DNA of 64,000 nucleotides from Bacilli bacterium (GCA_050953085.1 JBMNLX010000005.1:65800-129799), one strand, 5' to 3'; positions 49,301 to 57,751 are shown, counted from the stretch's first letter. Notes: generated by a model from the sequence alone, not told the origin. Numbers and translations: made by a program.

Positions 49301-49805
49301 AATAGTTGGGAATAATCGTTGCTAAAAAGAACAAGTTTTCATAGCTCTTCAATACTAAAAATATAATCATGATAGTAAGGTAGAGCATATTAAAAAAAGT
49401 GAAGGTGTTTGATAAAATAATCTTAAGAATCGATTTCCCTTGCCGATCGGTAACGCGGTTAACAAGGTTGTCATCAATTCTTTCCGCTACTACCTCCGAC
49501 GACAGGCCTTCCAAAATCGGCGTGTCGTAATATCTTTTTATTGTTTTTGTTTTGATTTCTTTTTCTAACGTTGGGGAATCAGCGGCGTCATCAACGGTGG
49601 TTTCATCCTTTTCTTCTTCGATAAGATTGATTGTTTCCTTTTGGGCCAAAACATCAATTACGGAAACTTTCTTTTTCGAATCGGTTTTATTGATGTTCTT
49701 TTTGGCTTTGGTGGTTTTTTTGCCGCTATTATCTATTTCGTTGACCAACAAATCCGAACCAGTATTATCGGTTTTGTTATCCATATTTTTCACCGCATTC
49801 CACAT
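46368..49805 (-). CDS. P-type cation-transporting ATPase (P2/P3-like) with a K-rich N-terminal extension and a ~275-aa C-terminal repeat domain ending in an extra TM helix
   Basis: The core motifs are 'CLDKTGTITDG' (phospho-Asp), 'MTGDGVNDILALKEADCSIAM' and 'ISGDNPVT'. The C-terminus carries 7 repeats of [YFH]W-x-[LIV]-[ND]-G-x-x-T-x-x-[KH]-A. Confidence 0.85.
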   Translation of the reverse strand: MWNAVKNMDNKTDNTGSDLLVNEIDNSGKKTTKAKKNINKTDSKKKVSVIDVLAQKETINLIEEEKDETTVDDAADSPTLEKEIKTKTIKRYYDTPILEGLSSEVVAERIDDNLVNRVTDRQGKSILKIILSNTFTFFNMLYLTIMIIFLVLKSYENLFFLATIIPNYLIGLYQEIKAKLLVDKLSLMSAPTTTVIRDGDKVEIPVDEVVLDDIVFYTPGKQICADSVILEGTIEVNESLLTGESDAIVKSVGDELFSGSFIISGAAVARIDKVGKDNYIEKLAKDARVYQKPKSQLLRSLNIIIKFVSIIILPLAVLTYITTTNGMPKDFLSILSRDGLIRAGSSVLAMIPAGLFLLTSVSLFYGVIRLGKRKTLVQELYCIEMLARANVLCLDKTGTITDGSMRVFDCIELKNYTDYTIREIVGSMMNAFQDTNPTSEALIRFFDKNNVLEPTRVIPFSSKRKFSGVVFGEQGTFYLGAPEFVLNQYYDSVKERVERFASEGGRVLVLGHVTAQVKGDDIPRNARPLALIVLHDHIREDAADTIDFFKQNNVDIKIISGDNPVTVSQIAMRVGVEGAERYVSLAGMTDDEVREIVFDYTVFGRVSPQQKRVIVQTLKEHDKTVAMTGDGVNDILALKEADCSIAMASGSDAVRYASHLVLVNSTFSSMPEVVIEGRRVINNIQKTSTLFLVKTMFAILLTIMYIILGMQKGPISITYPFTAKHLYMIEWFVLGFPSMYLALQRNRQIVKGKFLSNVIKSTLPGALTIVILHLILSFLRITPGFESLQHNNAVYTTIATVVTTAVMLFVLFQVSHPFNWVRKVIFAAMVICCFLMGFNLLPVKFARLDLSYYRNIDELSKDIILEVNEHNNWSLNGKATTIRAIEMPIVENLSNGTYLTPNITLNGDYYWCLNGVKTSINAFEENRLVLDVVNKYWHINGQKTNVKAFRVPGITYTAAAEGYRRPEITIIDNHWVIDGHPTIIHSSVDELVFNVSGGFWWLNGRETTAKAVKLPANPDEYEIPVVAIKDGKFTINDIETDIPAGLGDQIELTIDPSGYWAINGERTSLKARKITDGDVATDYVEPTLSISRGGYWQLNGVTTAVKAEGALMIKEILVTLLLIHFVIPLMLLISNSFKKLRIAPE

Positions 49806-49884
49806 TTTTTATTATACAGTATAATTTTAACATATCCGGAGGTTTTCTTCAAGGACAATTATATATTCGTTTCTCGGGTCGACA

Positions 49885-50913
49885 CTACCAATACAACGCC
49901 CGCATATTAAATCGCTCATCCACTTCCGCCGCGCATTGTTTCCGCACGAATTTCACTTCGCCGTTATCAATATAGGCGAGAAAATGCCGACAATACAAAT
50001 AATTTTCATGCTTAACGGTATTCATCGGGTCAAAACCGTAAATCTTGTATTCGCCTTCAAGCCGACAAGGATGATTATTTAAAAAGTTGTTTAGTAAATT
50101 TTCATTGCGGTTACGATAATTCCTTATTAAGGCGTCGATTTCGGCGCTATTTTCAATATCTATTTCCACAGCGGTTATTTCCCGCGCCAACAACTCGAAA
50201 ACCGTTTTTTCCGTTTCGCCAATATGGTGGAAAAACGGAATATTATTCTCGTTGCAAATAAGCAAAAGCAGCGCGCCGGTATGATAGCAAATCTTTCTGA
50301 TTGGGATTAAATTACCTATATCTACTAGTTCGGATTTAATGACGTCGACCGCCTTTAAATATTTATCACTATTTAGTTGTTTTAACGCCATTAACTCCAC
50401 ATAATTGGCGATTCCTTCGATTGACTCGATTTTTGTCTCGTATTCAAATTCCCCGGCGAAATGCTTTCGCCTGTATTCTCTTAAGGCAAGAAATCTCTCA
50501 AACTTTTTCGCCGTGAAATTATCATGAAGCGCTTTTAGCCATTCATTTTCCTTGTATTTGATATTCAGGTTATCGAGCGCGTAATTATAATTTAATCCCG
50601 CTATCTCATCGGCCCATCTTTTTTCTTTGTTTAAGTTTTGAAAGGCGTGAAACATTTCATGAATTATTTTCGCCGCGAAGATGTCGAGATTATCAACTGG
50701 ACTCCGGCCCGCGTCCCAAATCGCGATGTGTTCGCCATTATAAATAATCGCGGTGTTTCCGATGAAGCGCTCGTCCTTGGCGAAAACATTCTCGCCGAAG
50801 TATACATTTTTCTCATCATAAAGCGCGAATTTAAAAGGTTTAAAACCGGGCCATAAGCGATGAAAATCAACGCCGCTAATTTTTTCGCGTAAAGCATTAT
50901 ATAATTGCATCAT
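49885..50913 (-). CDS. Hypothetical protein with a zinc-metallopeptidase-like HExxH motif
   Basis: The only motif I can point to is 'AAKIIHEMFHAFQNL'. I recognise no other family signature. Treat the peptidase assignment as tentative. Confidence 0.4.
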   Translation of the reverse strand: MMQLYNALREKISGVDFHRLWPGFKPFKFALYDEKNVYFGENVFAKDERFIGNTAIIYNGEHIAIWDAGRSPVDNLDIFAAKIIHEMFHAFQNLNKEKRWADEIAGLNYNYALDNLNIKYKENEWLKALHDNFTAKKFERFLALREYRRKHFAGEFEYETKIESIEGIANYVELMALKQLNSDKYLKAVDVIKSELVDIGNLIPIRKICYHTGALLLLICNENNIPFFHHIGETEKTVFELLAREITAVEIDIENSAEIDALIRNYRNRNENLLNNFLNNHPCRLEGEYKIYGFDPMNTVKHENYLYCRHFLAYIDNGEVKFVRKQCAAEVDERFNMRALYW

Positions 50914-51099
50914 GTTCAGACTCCGTCCTTAACCGAGGAAATTGCACCTTTTAAAATATTACCAAAACTTATTTTTTATAATTATAACAAATATATCCTT
51001 GTGTGCAAAGGAAATTGTGTTTATTTAAAAGCAATCATAATTTTCTTATTGTAATAGATCCGCATACGGATTCAGCTCGTTGACAAACCCATATGAAAA

Positions 51100-51142
51100 A
51101 CTCCTTTTTTTCAGCAGTATGAAAAAAGGAGCCCATTAACAA
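51100..51142 (-). terminator. Rho-independent terminator downstream of the Panacea/MqsA-like gene
   Basis: On the minus strand the sequence is CTCCTTTTTT-CATACTGCTG-AAAAAAAGGAG followed by TTTTTCAT. Confidence 0.5.
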
Positions 51143-51175
51143 TCTGGAGCCGCATACAAATTATAATTTTCGGTA

Positions 51176-52174
51176 TTAATAATACGAAAAAAGATAATTT
51201 GAATATTTTTCTATGTCTGCGGGTATAAGCATTTGAAACTTTTCCTTTACCGCCGTAAAATATTCCTTAATCAGCTCTTTTGTAATTATGCGGTTGGAGT
51301 TGTCATATACCGTCAACCCTCTTCTGGTTTGTAACCATGGCTGTTCGGAATGAACAAACATTTCTAATGTTTTTCCGCTGTAACAACAAAAGTTTTTAAT
51401 AACGCTATCCATTATTGCTTTTTCAGCAGATGTAAAAATAGATTCATCAAAGGTTTTTACACTTTTTATTGGATCAAATCGATATTCTTTATATTCATGG
51501 TACACCTTCCTATAAATCGGTCCGTGTACCCACGCCTCACAGTCTTCTTCAAAAAGAAACTCTCCTTCAAAAGCGCAGTAAAAGCCCTGGATATAATATA
51601 AGGTTTTTTGCAAAGCCAGCGGCGTAATATCTTCGCATTTATAAAGGATATATTGAACAACGTCATCTAGCTTTGATTCTGGCTTTTCCTTATCAAACAA
51701 CAATGCCCGTACCTTTTTCATGCTTTTATCATAAGCGTGTAAAGATTTCAAATTATGTTTATTTTTTTCTAATAATTCTTTATAATATTCAGGACGCTCA
51801 TGAATTTTTAAAAGAATATCTGAATACTGTTTCGTAGGCATATCACCTTCACAATAACGCGAAAAAGTCATTTCTCCCCATCCCAACAACAATGACAAGG
51901 GACGCTTGCCGATGTTGTATTTTTGGGGGATTTCCAAAATTTTCTCTAAGGAAATTATGCCGTGTTTTAAACGATAAGCATCATACAATGATTTTAAATT
52001 TTCATCTTCTATTTCCGCCACATAAACTTCGTTTCCGCACTCTTCGCATATAGCCTTTTTCCCCTCATACTCGTAGTTTTCATCTCTCAATTTTCCCGAA
52101 AGCGGCATCGTTTCAACAACAAATCCAACATCGCGTCTACATTCTTCACAAAATGTTTTGTTTCCGTTCACCAT
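51176..52174 (-). CDS. Antitoxin candidate: MqsA-like zinc-ribbon plus HTH (XRE) module fused to a C-terminal Panacea (DUF4065/PanA-like) domain
   Basis: The zinc ribbon is 'KTFCEECRR...KKAICEECGNEV'. The HTH is 'LSLLLGWGEMTFSRYCEGDMPTKQYSDILLKIHERPE', which parallels MqsA 'FGGGVNAFSRYEKGN...LLRVLDKHPE'. The Panacea region is 'LALQKTLYYIQGFYCAFEGEFLFEEDCEAWVHGPIYRKVYHEYKEY...YSGKTLEMFVHSEQPW'. An AGGGAGG Shine-Dalgarno is present. Confidence 0.7.
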   Translation of the reverse strand: MVNGNKTFCEECRRDVGFVVETMPLSGKLRDENYEYEGKKAICEECGNEVYVAEIEDENLKSLYDAYRLKHGIISLEKILEIPQKYNIGKRPLSLLLGWGEMTFSRYCEGDMPTKQYSDILLKIHERPEYYKELLEKNKHNLKSLHAYDKSMKKVRALLFDKEKPESKLDDVVQYILYKCEDITPLALQKTLYYIQGFYCAFEGEFLFEEDCEAWVHGPIYRKVYHEYKEYRFDPIKSVKTFDESIFTSAEKAIMDSVIKNFCCYSGKTLEMFVHSEQPWLQTRRGLTVYDNSNRIITKELIKEYFTAVKEKFQMLIPADIEKYSNYLFSYY

Positions 52175-52216
52175 TATAACCTCCCTATACTTTATTCTCT
52201 CATATTCTTACATGCA

Positions 52217-52645
52217 TTATCTAAACATATAATTAATCGGCTTGTTTCGCTTATGAAAAGAAACTACAATAACCCTATTGCCATTGTCACTTTCTATGAG
52301 GTTGAATTTAATATAAATGTCGACAAGTTCTTCTGTTATATCGTCAAAATTATATAGTTTAACCCGAGGACAAAAAACATATAAAAGTTCGTGTTCAAAT
52401 CCTTTTTTTATGTTTTGAAGCGTGTGACAAAAATCTTCAGTCCGAAGTCCAAGTAATATTTCTTTTTGTTTTTTTGCATTTAAATTATATGCATTTATAA
52501 AATCGATATTTTCTTGCCTATTTTCATTTTTTGAAATTATGAATCGATTTTCATTTACGCATTTTTTTATGCAATCTAAGATCTTATTTATTTGATCCCA
52601 CGTATAGCTTATATTATGGCGCTGATTCATTATATCACCCATCAT
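52217..52645 (-). CDS. MqsR-family toxin candidate (mRNA interferase-like), encoded upstream of its antitoxin
   Basis: The sequence 'EILLGLRTEDFCHTLQNIKKGFEHELLYVFCPRV...VDIYIKFNLIESDNGNRVIVVSFHKRN' parallels E. coli MqsR 'IIGLSESDFYKSMTTY...DVYRPRL...VYLKITVIHDVLIVSFKEK'. An alternative start at the ATG at 52630 (MNQRHN..., with GGTGA upstream) is possible. Confidence 0.65.
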   Translation of the reverse strand: MMGDIMNQRHNISYTWDQINKILDCIKKCVNENRFIISKNENRQENIDFINAYNLNAKKQKEILLGLRTEDFCHTLQNIKKGFEHELLYVFCPRVKLYNFDDITEELVDIYIKFNLIESDNGNRVIVVSFHKRNKPINYMFR

Positions 52646-52651
52646 GATACA

Positions 52652-52680
52652 ATGATACTATATTATATGCTTATTGTCAA
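52652..52680 (-). promoter_or_regulatory. Putative promoter (TTGACA-17-TATCAT) of the toxin-antitoxin pair, with an overlapping ATCAT-N6-ATGAT inverted repeat (52641..52656)
   Basis: The -35 hexamer is a perfect consensus match. The palindrome spans the -10 region and transcription start, which is typical of autoregulated TA operators. Confidence 0.4.
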
Positions 52681-52699
52681 GATATTATGCATCATTTAA

Positions 52700-52745
52700 T
52701 TCTTTTTCAAAATAAAAAAACCCGTTTTGATGACATTCCATCCAA
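52700..52745 (-). terminator. Terminator downstream of the patatin gene
   Basis: On the minus strand the sequence is CCGTTTGG-ATGGAATGTCAT-CAAAACGG followed by GTTTTTTT. Confidence 0.5.
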
Positions 52746-52752
52746 ACGGATT

Positions 52753-53589
52753 TTATTGAAAATTCACCATTTTCTCATAGAAGTATTTTTTGATGCTGTT
52801 ATAACCGGAGGATATCAACCTTTCTTTATTAGCCAAACCCTTCCGATAGTCAACGGCGCCTATTTTAAACGTGTCAATATTAATAATTTCGTAATTGCCG
52901 TAATCTATTTCCTTATCTAATTTAAAAACCCAGCGCCGATACATTTTAACCGTCCTGTAGCGGTCGACAAACTTTTCATTAACCCGGAATCCCAAAGTCA
53001 ATAAATCGCTCCCGGCGAACAAGTCGATGGGGAAGTTACTGACTATGCCGCCGTCTAGAAATCGATACTTATCAATCGGGTAATACCGGTAAAAGATCGG
53101 GATGCTTGCCGACATCGCCGCCGCTTTGGAAATCAAAAACGTGTCGGGATTAATATTGAAATATTTCAAGTCATCGGGAATTATCACCTTTTTTTTCGTA
53201 ACCCATTCGGTGGCGATCATTTTTAATAAATAATCCTCGCCGTGTTTTACATCCAAAAACGTCGTTTTGTTTTTCGCTTCCGCGAGCGTCTGCATATAAT
53301 TCTCAAAATCCTGAAGCGAATATATTCCGATTCCTTTGACCGAATCGATAATTCCCCGCATCCGGCCGCTCTTACCAAAATATTTAAGCATGGAAAAATC
53401 AAAGTTCTCGATAAGGGCCGAAAGTTCGGCGGCGCTGTATCCGACGGCTATGAGCGAGGCGAGAATCGCGCCGACGCTTGTGCCGCCGACTTGAAATATT
53501 TGAATTCCCCTTTCTTCCAAAAATTTTAAGACGCCTATATAGGCGATTCCCTTTATCCCGCCGCCCTCAAAAACAACGTTAATTTTCAT
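52753..53589 (-). CDS. Patatin-like phospholipase
   Basis: The oxyanion motif is 'FEGGGIKGIAY'. The nucleophile motif is 'GTSVG'. The catalytic Asp lies in 'FLDGGIVSNFP'. Confidence 0.85.
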   Translation of the reverse strand: MKINVVFEGGGIKGIAYIGVLKFLEERGIQIFQVGGTSVGAILASLIAVGYSAAELSALIENFDFSMLKYFGKSGRMRGIIDSVKGIGIYSLQDFENYMQTLAEAKNKTTFLDVKHGEDYLLKMIATEWVTKKKVIIPDDLKYFNINPDTFLISKAAAMSASIPIFYRYYPIDKYRFLDGGIVSNFPIDLFAGSDLLTLGFRVNEKFVDRYRTVKMYRRWVFKLDKEIDYGNYEIINIDTFKIGAVDYRKGLANKERLISSGYNSIKKYFYEKMVNFQ

Positions 53590-53653
53590 TCGATAACACT
53601 CCCTGCGCCTATATTATATGAAGCAATAAGGAAAAACTGCAAGAATTTTATTC

Positions 53654-54211
53654 TTACAGTTCGCCGTTACAATTTTTTTCCACTTTGACGCGCGCTTCTT
53701 TGCCTAACAAATATTCAACGATTTCATAAGCGAATTGCGCGGTATAACCCATGGCGCGGGCGGTGATGAATTTACCGCTCCTGATTACGCCTTTTTTACG
53801 CTTATATTTTCCTTCCTTAATATCAACTTCACATCCCGGAAAGCAAGTAAAAACTTGATCCTTGAAATAACCCCGTCTTCCGAGAAGCAAGGGCGCCGCG
53901 CAAATCGCCGCGACCATTTTCCCGGCCAACACGAATTTGTCGATCAAACTTAATACTTTTTTGCTGTGCTCGAGAATGTCTTTTACCGCTCTTCCTCCCG
54001 GAAGCACCAAAAAATCATAATGCTGATCGTTAACGTCTTTCAGCGTGGTTTCCGCTTTCACATACAATCCCGATTGCGATTTCACGTGAACGTCATCTCC
54101 CGCGGAAGCTACGGTCAACGATAATTTTGCCCTGCGCAAAATATCAATCGTCATTATCGCTTCCGTATCTTCAAAGCCGTTGGCGAGAATAATCAAGCCT
54201 TTCATTTTCAC
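53654..54211 (-). CDS. DJ-1/PfpI (ThiJ) family protein
   Basis: The sequence is 'LIILANGFEDTEAIMTIDILRRA...DFLVLPGG...AAICAAP'. The nucleophile elbow carries Cys. Confidence 0.8.
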   Translation of the reverse strand: MKMKGLIILANGFEDTEAIMTIDILRRAKLSLTVASAGDDVHVKSQSGLYVKAETTLKDVNDQHYDFLVLPGGRAVKDILEHSKKVLSLIDKFVLAGKMVAAICAAPLLLGRRGYFKDQVFTCFPGCEVDIKEGKYKRKKGVIRSGKFITARAMGYTAQFAYEIVEYLLGKEARVKVEKNCNGEL

Positions 54212-54707
54212 TCCTCCTTTTTGTATATTGTCCGTATAATAGTTTCACGATATGCGTGAATATATCTTTGCGCGTCACCATTGAAGCCGTGAAATGGCCG
54301 ACGGCGCCTTCTTTTTGATTGATATCGCTGGTGCGAAGATAAGCGTTCATAATTTCCGAGAGTTCTTTTTCCCCGCCGGCAAGCCCGTCCTTGATAAATT
54401 CCGGCAACGGGATCCGCGTCCCGCCGGCGTAATATGCTTCTCCTTCCTCGTCGATCAAAACGCCCCAATTCACGAGAAATAATTTGTCTCCGTGAGTTTG
54501 AACGCCCGCTTCCAGTCCGATGCGCAATCCGTCGCCCGGCAACATCCGCGCGCGATTGTAAGCTCCTTTAATTGTCTCCTCGTCTGATAGCGGTTGATTC
54601 CCGACACCGCTTCCGACGGAAAGGCCGATAACTTCATAATCTTTCATGACCTCCCGCGTCGCCGCGAGTTTCACTTTATTCAAAGAACCTAGATAACACT
54701 TAAGCAT
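54171..54707 (-). CDS. Non-canonical purine NTP phosphatase (inosine/xanthosine triphosphatase, YjjX/DUF84 family)
   Basis: The sequence 'LGSLNKVKLAATREV...EAGV...EGAVGHFTASMVTRKDIFTHIVKLL' parallels YjjX. Confidence 0.7.
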   Translation of the reverse strand: MLKCYLGSLNKVKLAATREVMKDYEVIGLSVGSGVGNQPLSDEETIKGAYNRARMLPGDGLRIGLEAGVQTHGDKLFLVNWGVLIDEEGEAYYAGGTRIPLPEFIKDGLAGGEKELSEIMNAYLRTSDINQKEGAVGHFTASMVTRKDIFTHIVKLLYGQYTKRRSENERLDYSRQRL

Positions 54708-55779
54708 TCCTCAGTTCCTCTAGCCTTTGCCGGTCAAAATCCTTGATAACGGCTAAGAGCATCGCTTTTACCGCTTCCACGTCGTCAATATGAATCATCG
54801 ATGCCGAGGAGTGGATATAACGCCCGGGAAGACCGACGGTAACCGAGAAAGCCCCGCCGCCGGCATACTGCGCGGCGCCGGCGTCCGTTCCTCCCATCGA
54901 AAGAAACTGTTGGTACGGGATATTGTTCGCAGCGGCGAGATTTTCAAAATAACGTTTCACGACCGGGTTCATGATGTTTACCGGGTCATAAAAACGGACC
55001 AGAAACCCGCCGCCCAATTTGCCGTAAGCCCGCGGGTGGTTTTTGTCTAAAAAATCACCGACCGGGGAAACGTCAATGGCGATAAATAAATCCGGTTTTA
55101 CCATCTGAGAAGAAGCGTACGCGCCGCGAAGCCCGACTTCCTCTTGGACGGTGGCGCCGGCGATAACCGTGTTGGGGTGATCAATATCTTTTAACTCCCT
55201 AAGAATCTCAAGCGCCATCCCGCAACCAAAGCGATTGTCCCAAGCTTTGGAGACAATCTTTTTGCCGTCCTCGGTAATGTAATATTGGTTCTCAAACGTG
55301 ATCATCTGCCCGATCTCGATTCCCATTTCGTAAGCGTGCTCGCGCGAATCGGCGCCGACGTCAAGAAGCAAGTTATCGAAGGAGGGGGCGGGCGGTTTGT
55401 CCGCGCCGCGGCTGATGTGCGGCGGGACGGCGCCGATAACGCCTCGCACCTTCTTATTTTTCCCTACGGTAACCAAAACGTTTTGCGAGATCATAATCTC
55501 GGGGTTTACGCCACCGACGGGAATCATTTTAATAAATCCCTTTTCCGTTATTCCCGCGACCATGGCCCCGACTTCATCCATATGCCCGGCAATCATAATG
55601 ACGGGGCTTTCTTTCCCGGTCACGACGCCGAAAATGCTTCCCAACTTGTCACGGATAATATTGCCCGTGACTTTTTCAATTTCTTGGCGCATATAGTTCC
55701 TGACATTTCCTTCAAACCCGGAGATGCCATCCAAATTAACCAAGTCTTCGTATATTTTCATTCTTTTTTTGATGTCCAT
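54700..55779 (-). CDS. M42-family aminopeptidase (YsdC/FrvX-like)
   Basis: The sequence 'LDGISGFEGNVRNYMRQEI...IMIAGHMDEVGAMV' matches the family. Full-length M42 architecture is present. Confidence 0.85.
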   Translation of the reverse strand: MDIKKRMKIYEDLVNLDGISGFEGNVRNYMRQEIEKVTGNIIRDKLGSIFGVVTGKESPVIMIAGHMDEVGAMVAGITEKGFIKMIPVGGVNPEIMISQNVLVTVGKNKKVRGVIGAVPPHISRGADKPPAPSFDNLLLDVGADSREHAYEMGIEIGQMITFENQYYITEDGKKIVSKAWDNRFGCGMALEILRELKDIDHPNTVIAGATVQEEVGLRGAYASSQMVKPDLFIAIDVSPVGDFLDKNHPRAYGKLGGGFLVRFYDPVNIMNPVVKRYFENLAAANNIPYQQFLSMGGTDAGAAQYAGGGAFSVTVGLPGRYIHSSASMIHIDDVEAVKAMLLAVIKDFDRQRLEELRNA

Positions 55780-56411
55780 TTTTTCACCTTAAGATAGTAA
55801 ATTTTCTTCCTGTTCTGAATAAATTTCTCCTCGTACTCGGTCGTTACGATGTCTTCCCTGCCGCTCGCGTGCAAATCAAAACTTATCTCGAGAAAGCGAA
55901 AACGATGGTTGTTAAATTGAGTCAAACTGTATTCGAAGAATCCGGGATTGTCGGTTTTAAACTCAATTACTCCGTCTTCGGATAATATGTGCTTATACAT
56001 TTCCATAAAATAATCGCTTGTCAAACGGCGCTTCTCGTGCCGGTTTTTCGGCCAGGGATCGCTGAAGTTTAAATATATTTTTGCGATCTCGCCGGCAGAG
56101 AACATTTGTTTAAGCTCCTGCGCCGGGCAATTGATTATTTTTATGTTCGGCGGATTTGTCTCGGCAATCTTTCTCGCCGCTTTCAACGCGATGGTTTCGG
56201 AAACCTCGCAACCGACAAAATTAACGTCTATGTTTCTCTTCGCCTGTTCAATAATAAACTTTCCTTTCCCCATCCCGATCTCCAGATGCAATGGACGTGG
56301 CTCGGGAAAGCGGTAAGCCCAGCGTCCTTTGTTTTCTTCCGGGTTAAACACGACATATTGCGGATACTCTTTTAGCTTTAAATCGGCATCTTTAATTTTT
56401 CTAAGTCTCAT
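55758..56411 (-). CDS. trmB: tRNA (guanine-N7)-methyltransferase
   Basis: The sequence 'LHLEIGMGKGKFI ... NFSDPWPK' matches TrmB. Confidence 0.9.
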   Translation of the reverse strand: MRLRKIKDADLKLKEYPQYVVFNPEENKGRWAYRFPEPRPLHLEIGMGKGKFIIEQAKRNIDVNFVGCEVSETIALKAARKIAETNPPNIKIINCPAQELKQMFSAGEIAKIYLNFSDPWPKNRHEKRRLTSDYFMEMYKHILSEDGVIEFKTDNPGFFEYSLTQFNNHRFRFLEISFDLHASGREDIVTTEYEEKFIQNRKKIYYLKVKKWTSKKE

Positions 56412-57751
56412 TTTTCACAAGACAAGCGATAAAGCGCCTCGGCGTATATCGCCGTCGCCGTAAGCAAATCCTTAATCGCTATATATTCGTTGGCCCGATG
56501 AACAACTTCCTCGTTTCCGGGAAAATGGATGCCGAACGCCACTCCCTTCCGCAACGCGCGGGCATATGTCCCGCCGCCAATCGTCTTAAGCGGCGTCGAA
56601 ACGTCGCCGGTGTGTTTAATATAGACCTCGTGTAATATTTTAATGTCGGGATCGTCCTTATCAACGTAATGAACGGGGATATCAAAGGTTATTTCGGCGG
56701 TAAGGCCGTATTCGGAAGCAAGGCGTTTGAAACTCTCAAGAAATCTTTCCTTATCCCAACGGATTGGGTAACGGAAATCAAGGCAGGCAAAGCCTCCTTC
56801 CCGGGTGATTTCCAAAATCCCCAAGTTGCAAGTCAAATCTTTCATCTCCGGGTCGGAAAAAGCAAGGCCGGCATGTTTAAGACGCGAGTCGCTCAAGACA
56901 TCGTTTACAAACCTCAACAAATTGCTATCCGCATGACGATGTAAAAACCGAGCCATCATGACGGCGGCGTTGATGCCGTTATCGGGTTCCATCGCGTGCG
57001 CGCCGCGCCCGTTGAGAATTAAGACGCCGTCCGCGGCGGAACCGGAAAGGGCGTTTTCGGATAGATACTCCAAAAATTCTTTTTCCAATCCGCTCCTCGC
57101 GCTGGCTTCAGCCTTCGCGGGCACGACATTGTGCCGGTTCCCGCTCTTTACCGTCACGACTGATCCGCTCTTGTCGGTAAGTTTAATATGAAGAACGCCT
57201 TTTTCACCGTATATCAACGGGAAATCGGCATCCGGGGAAAACCCGAACGCCGGCATCGGGCACACTTGAAAATACCTGGTGATGCCGCGCCATTTGCTTT
57301 CCTCATCCGTGCCGATAATCAGGCGAATTTTTTTATCGGGCGCGATATTTAAATCCTTAAGCAATCGCAGCGCGTACAAACTGCTAATTGTCGGGCCCTT
57401 ATCATCGACGGCGCCGCGGCCGTAAATCCGATCGCCCGCGACGGTTCCGGCGAACGGCGGGTAGTCCCACTGTCCGTCGGCGGGAACGACGTCGACATGG
57501 CATAACACGCCGATAATCTCCTCTCCCTCGCCGTACTCGATATGCCCCGCGATATTATCGACGTTAAGAGTTCTAAAACCGTAACGATTGCCTAGTTCCA
57601 AAACATAATCGAGGCTTTCGCGCAGGCCGGCGCCGAAGGGCTCGCCCGGTGTATCCGGGCTTTCCTCCAAAACGCTTTTTATCGACAATAGCCCGCATAA
57701 ATCCTTTATCATTTGCGATTCGTAATTTTTCAGCAATTCTTTAAAATTCAT
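56408..57751 (-). CDS. pepV: M20-family dipeptidase (PepV-like)
   Basis: The sequence 'GVLCHVDVVPADGQWDYPPFAGTV...GRGAVDDKGP' matches PepV. Confidence 0.85.
   Translation of the reverse strand: MNFKELLKNYESQMIKDLCGLLSIKSVLEESPDTPGEPFGAGLRESLDYVLELGNRYGFRTLNVDNIAGHIEYGEGEEIIGVLCHVDVVPADGQWDYPPFAGTVAGDRIYGRGAVDDKGPTISSLYALRLLKDLNIAPDKKIRLIIGTDEESKWRGITRYFQVCPMPAFGFSPDADFPLIYGEKGVLHIKLTDKSGSVVTVKSGNRHNVVPAKAEASARSGLEKEFLEYLSENALSGSAADGVLILNGRGAHAMEPDNGINAAVMMARFLHRHADSNLLRFVNDVLSDSRLKHAGLAFSDPEMKDLTCNLGILEITREGGFACLDFRYPIRWDKERFLESFKRLASEYGLTAEITFDIPVHYVDKDDPDIKILHEVYIKHTGDVSTPLKTIGGGTYARALRKGVAFGIHFPGNEEVVHRANEYIAIKDLLTATAIYAEALYRLSCEK

Noticed and set aside
51040-51160. Repeated CCGCATAC motifs and a small ATCCG-CATA-CGGAT palindrome in the 263-bp spacer after the antitoxin gene, considered as a possible small RNA or att site
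   Set aside because: There are only two short copies with no flanking direct repeats or integrase. The region is adequately explained by the HExxH-gene promoter plus the antitoxin terminator.
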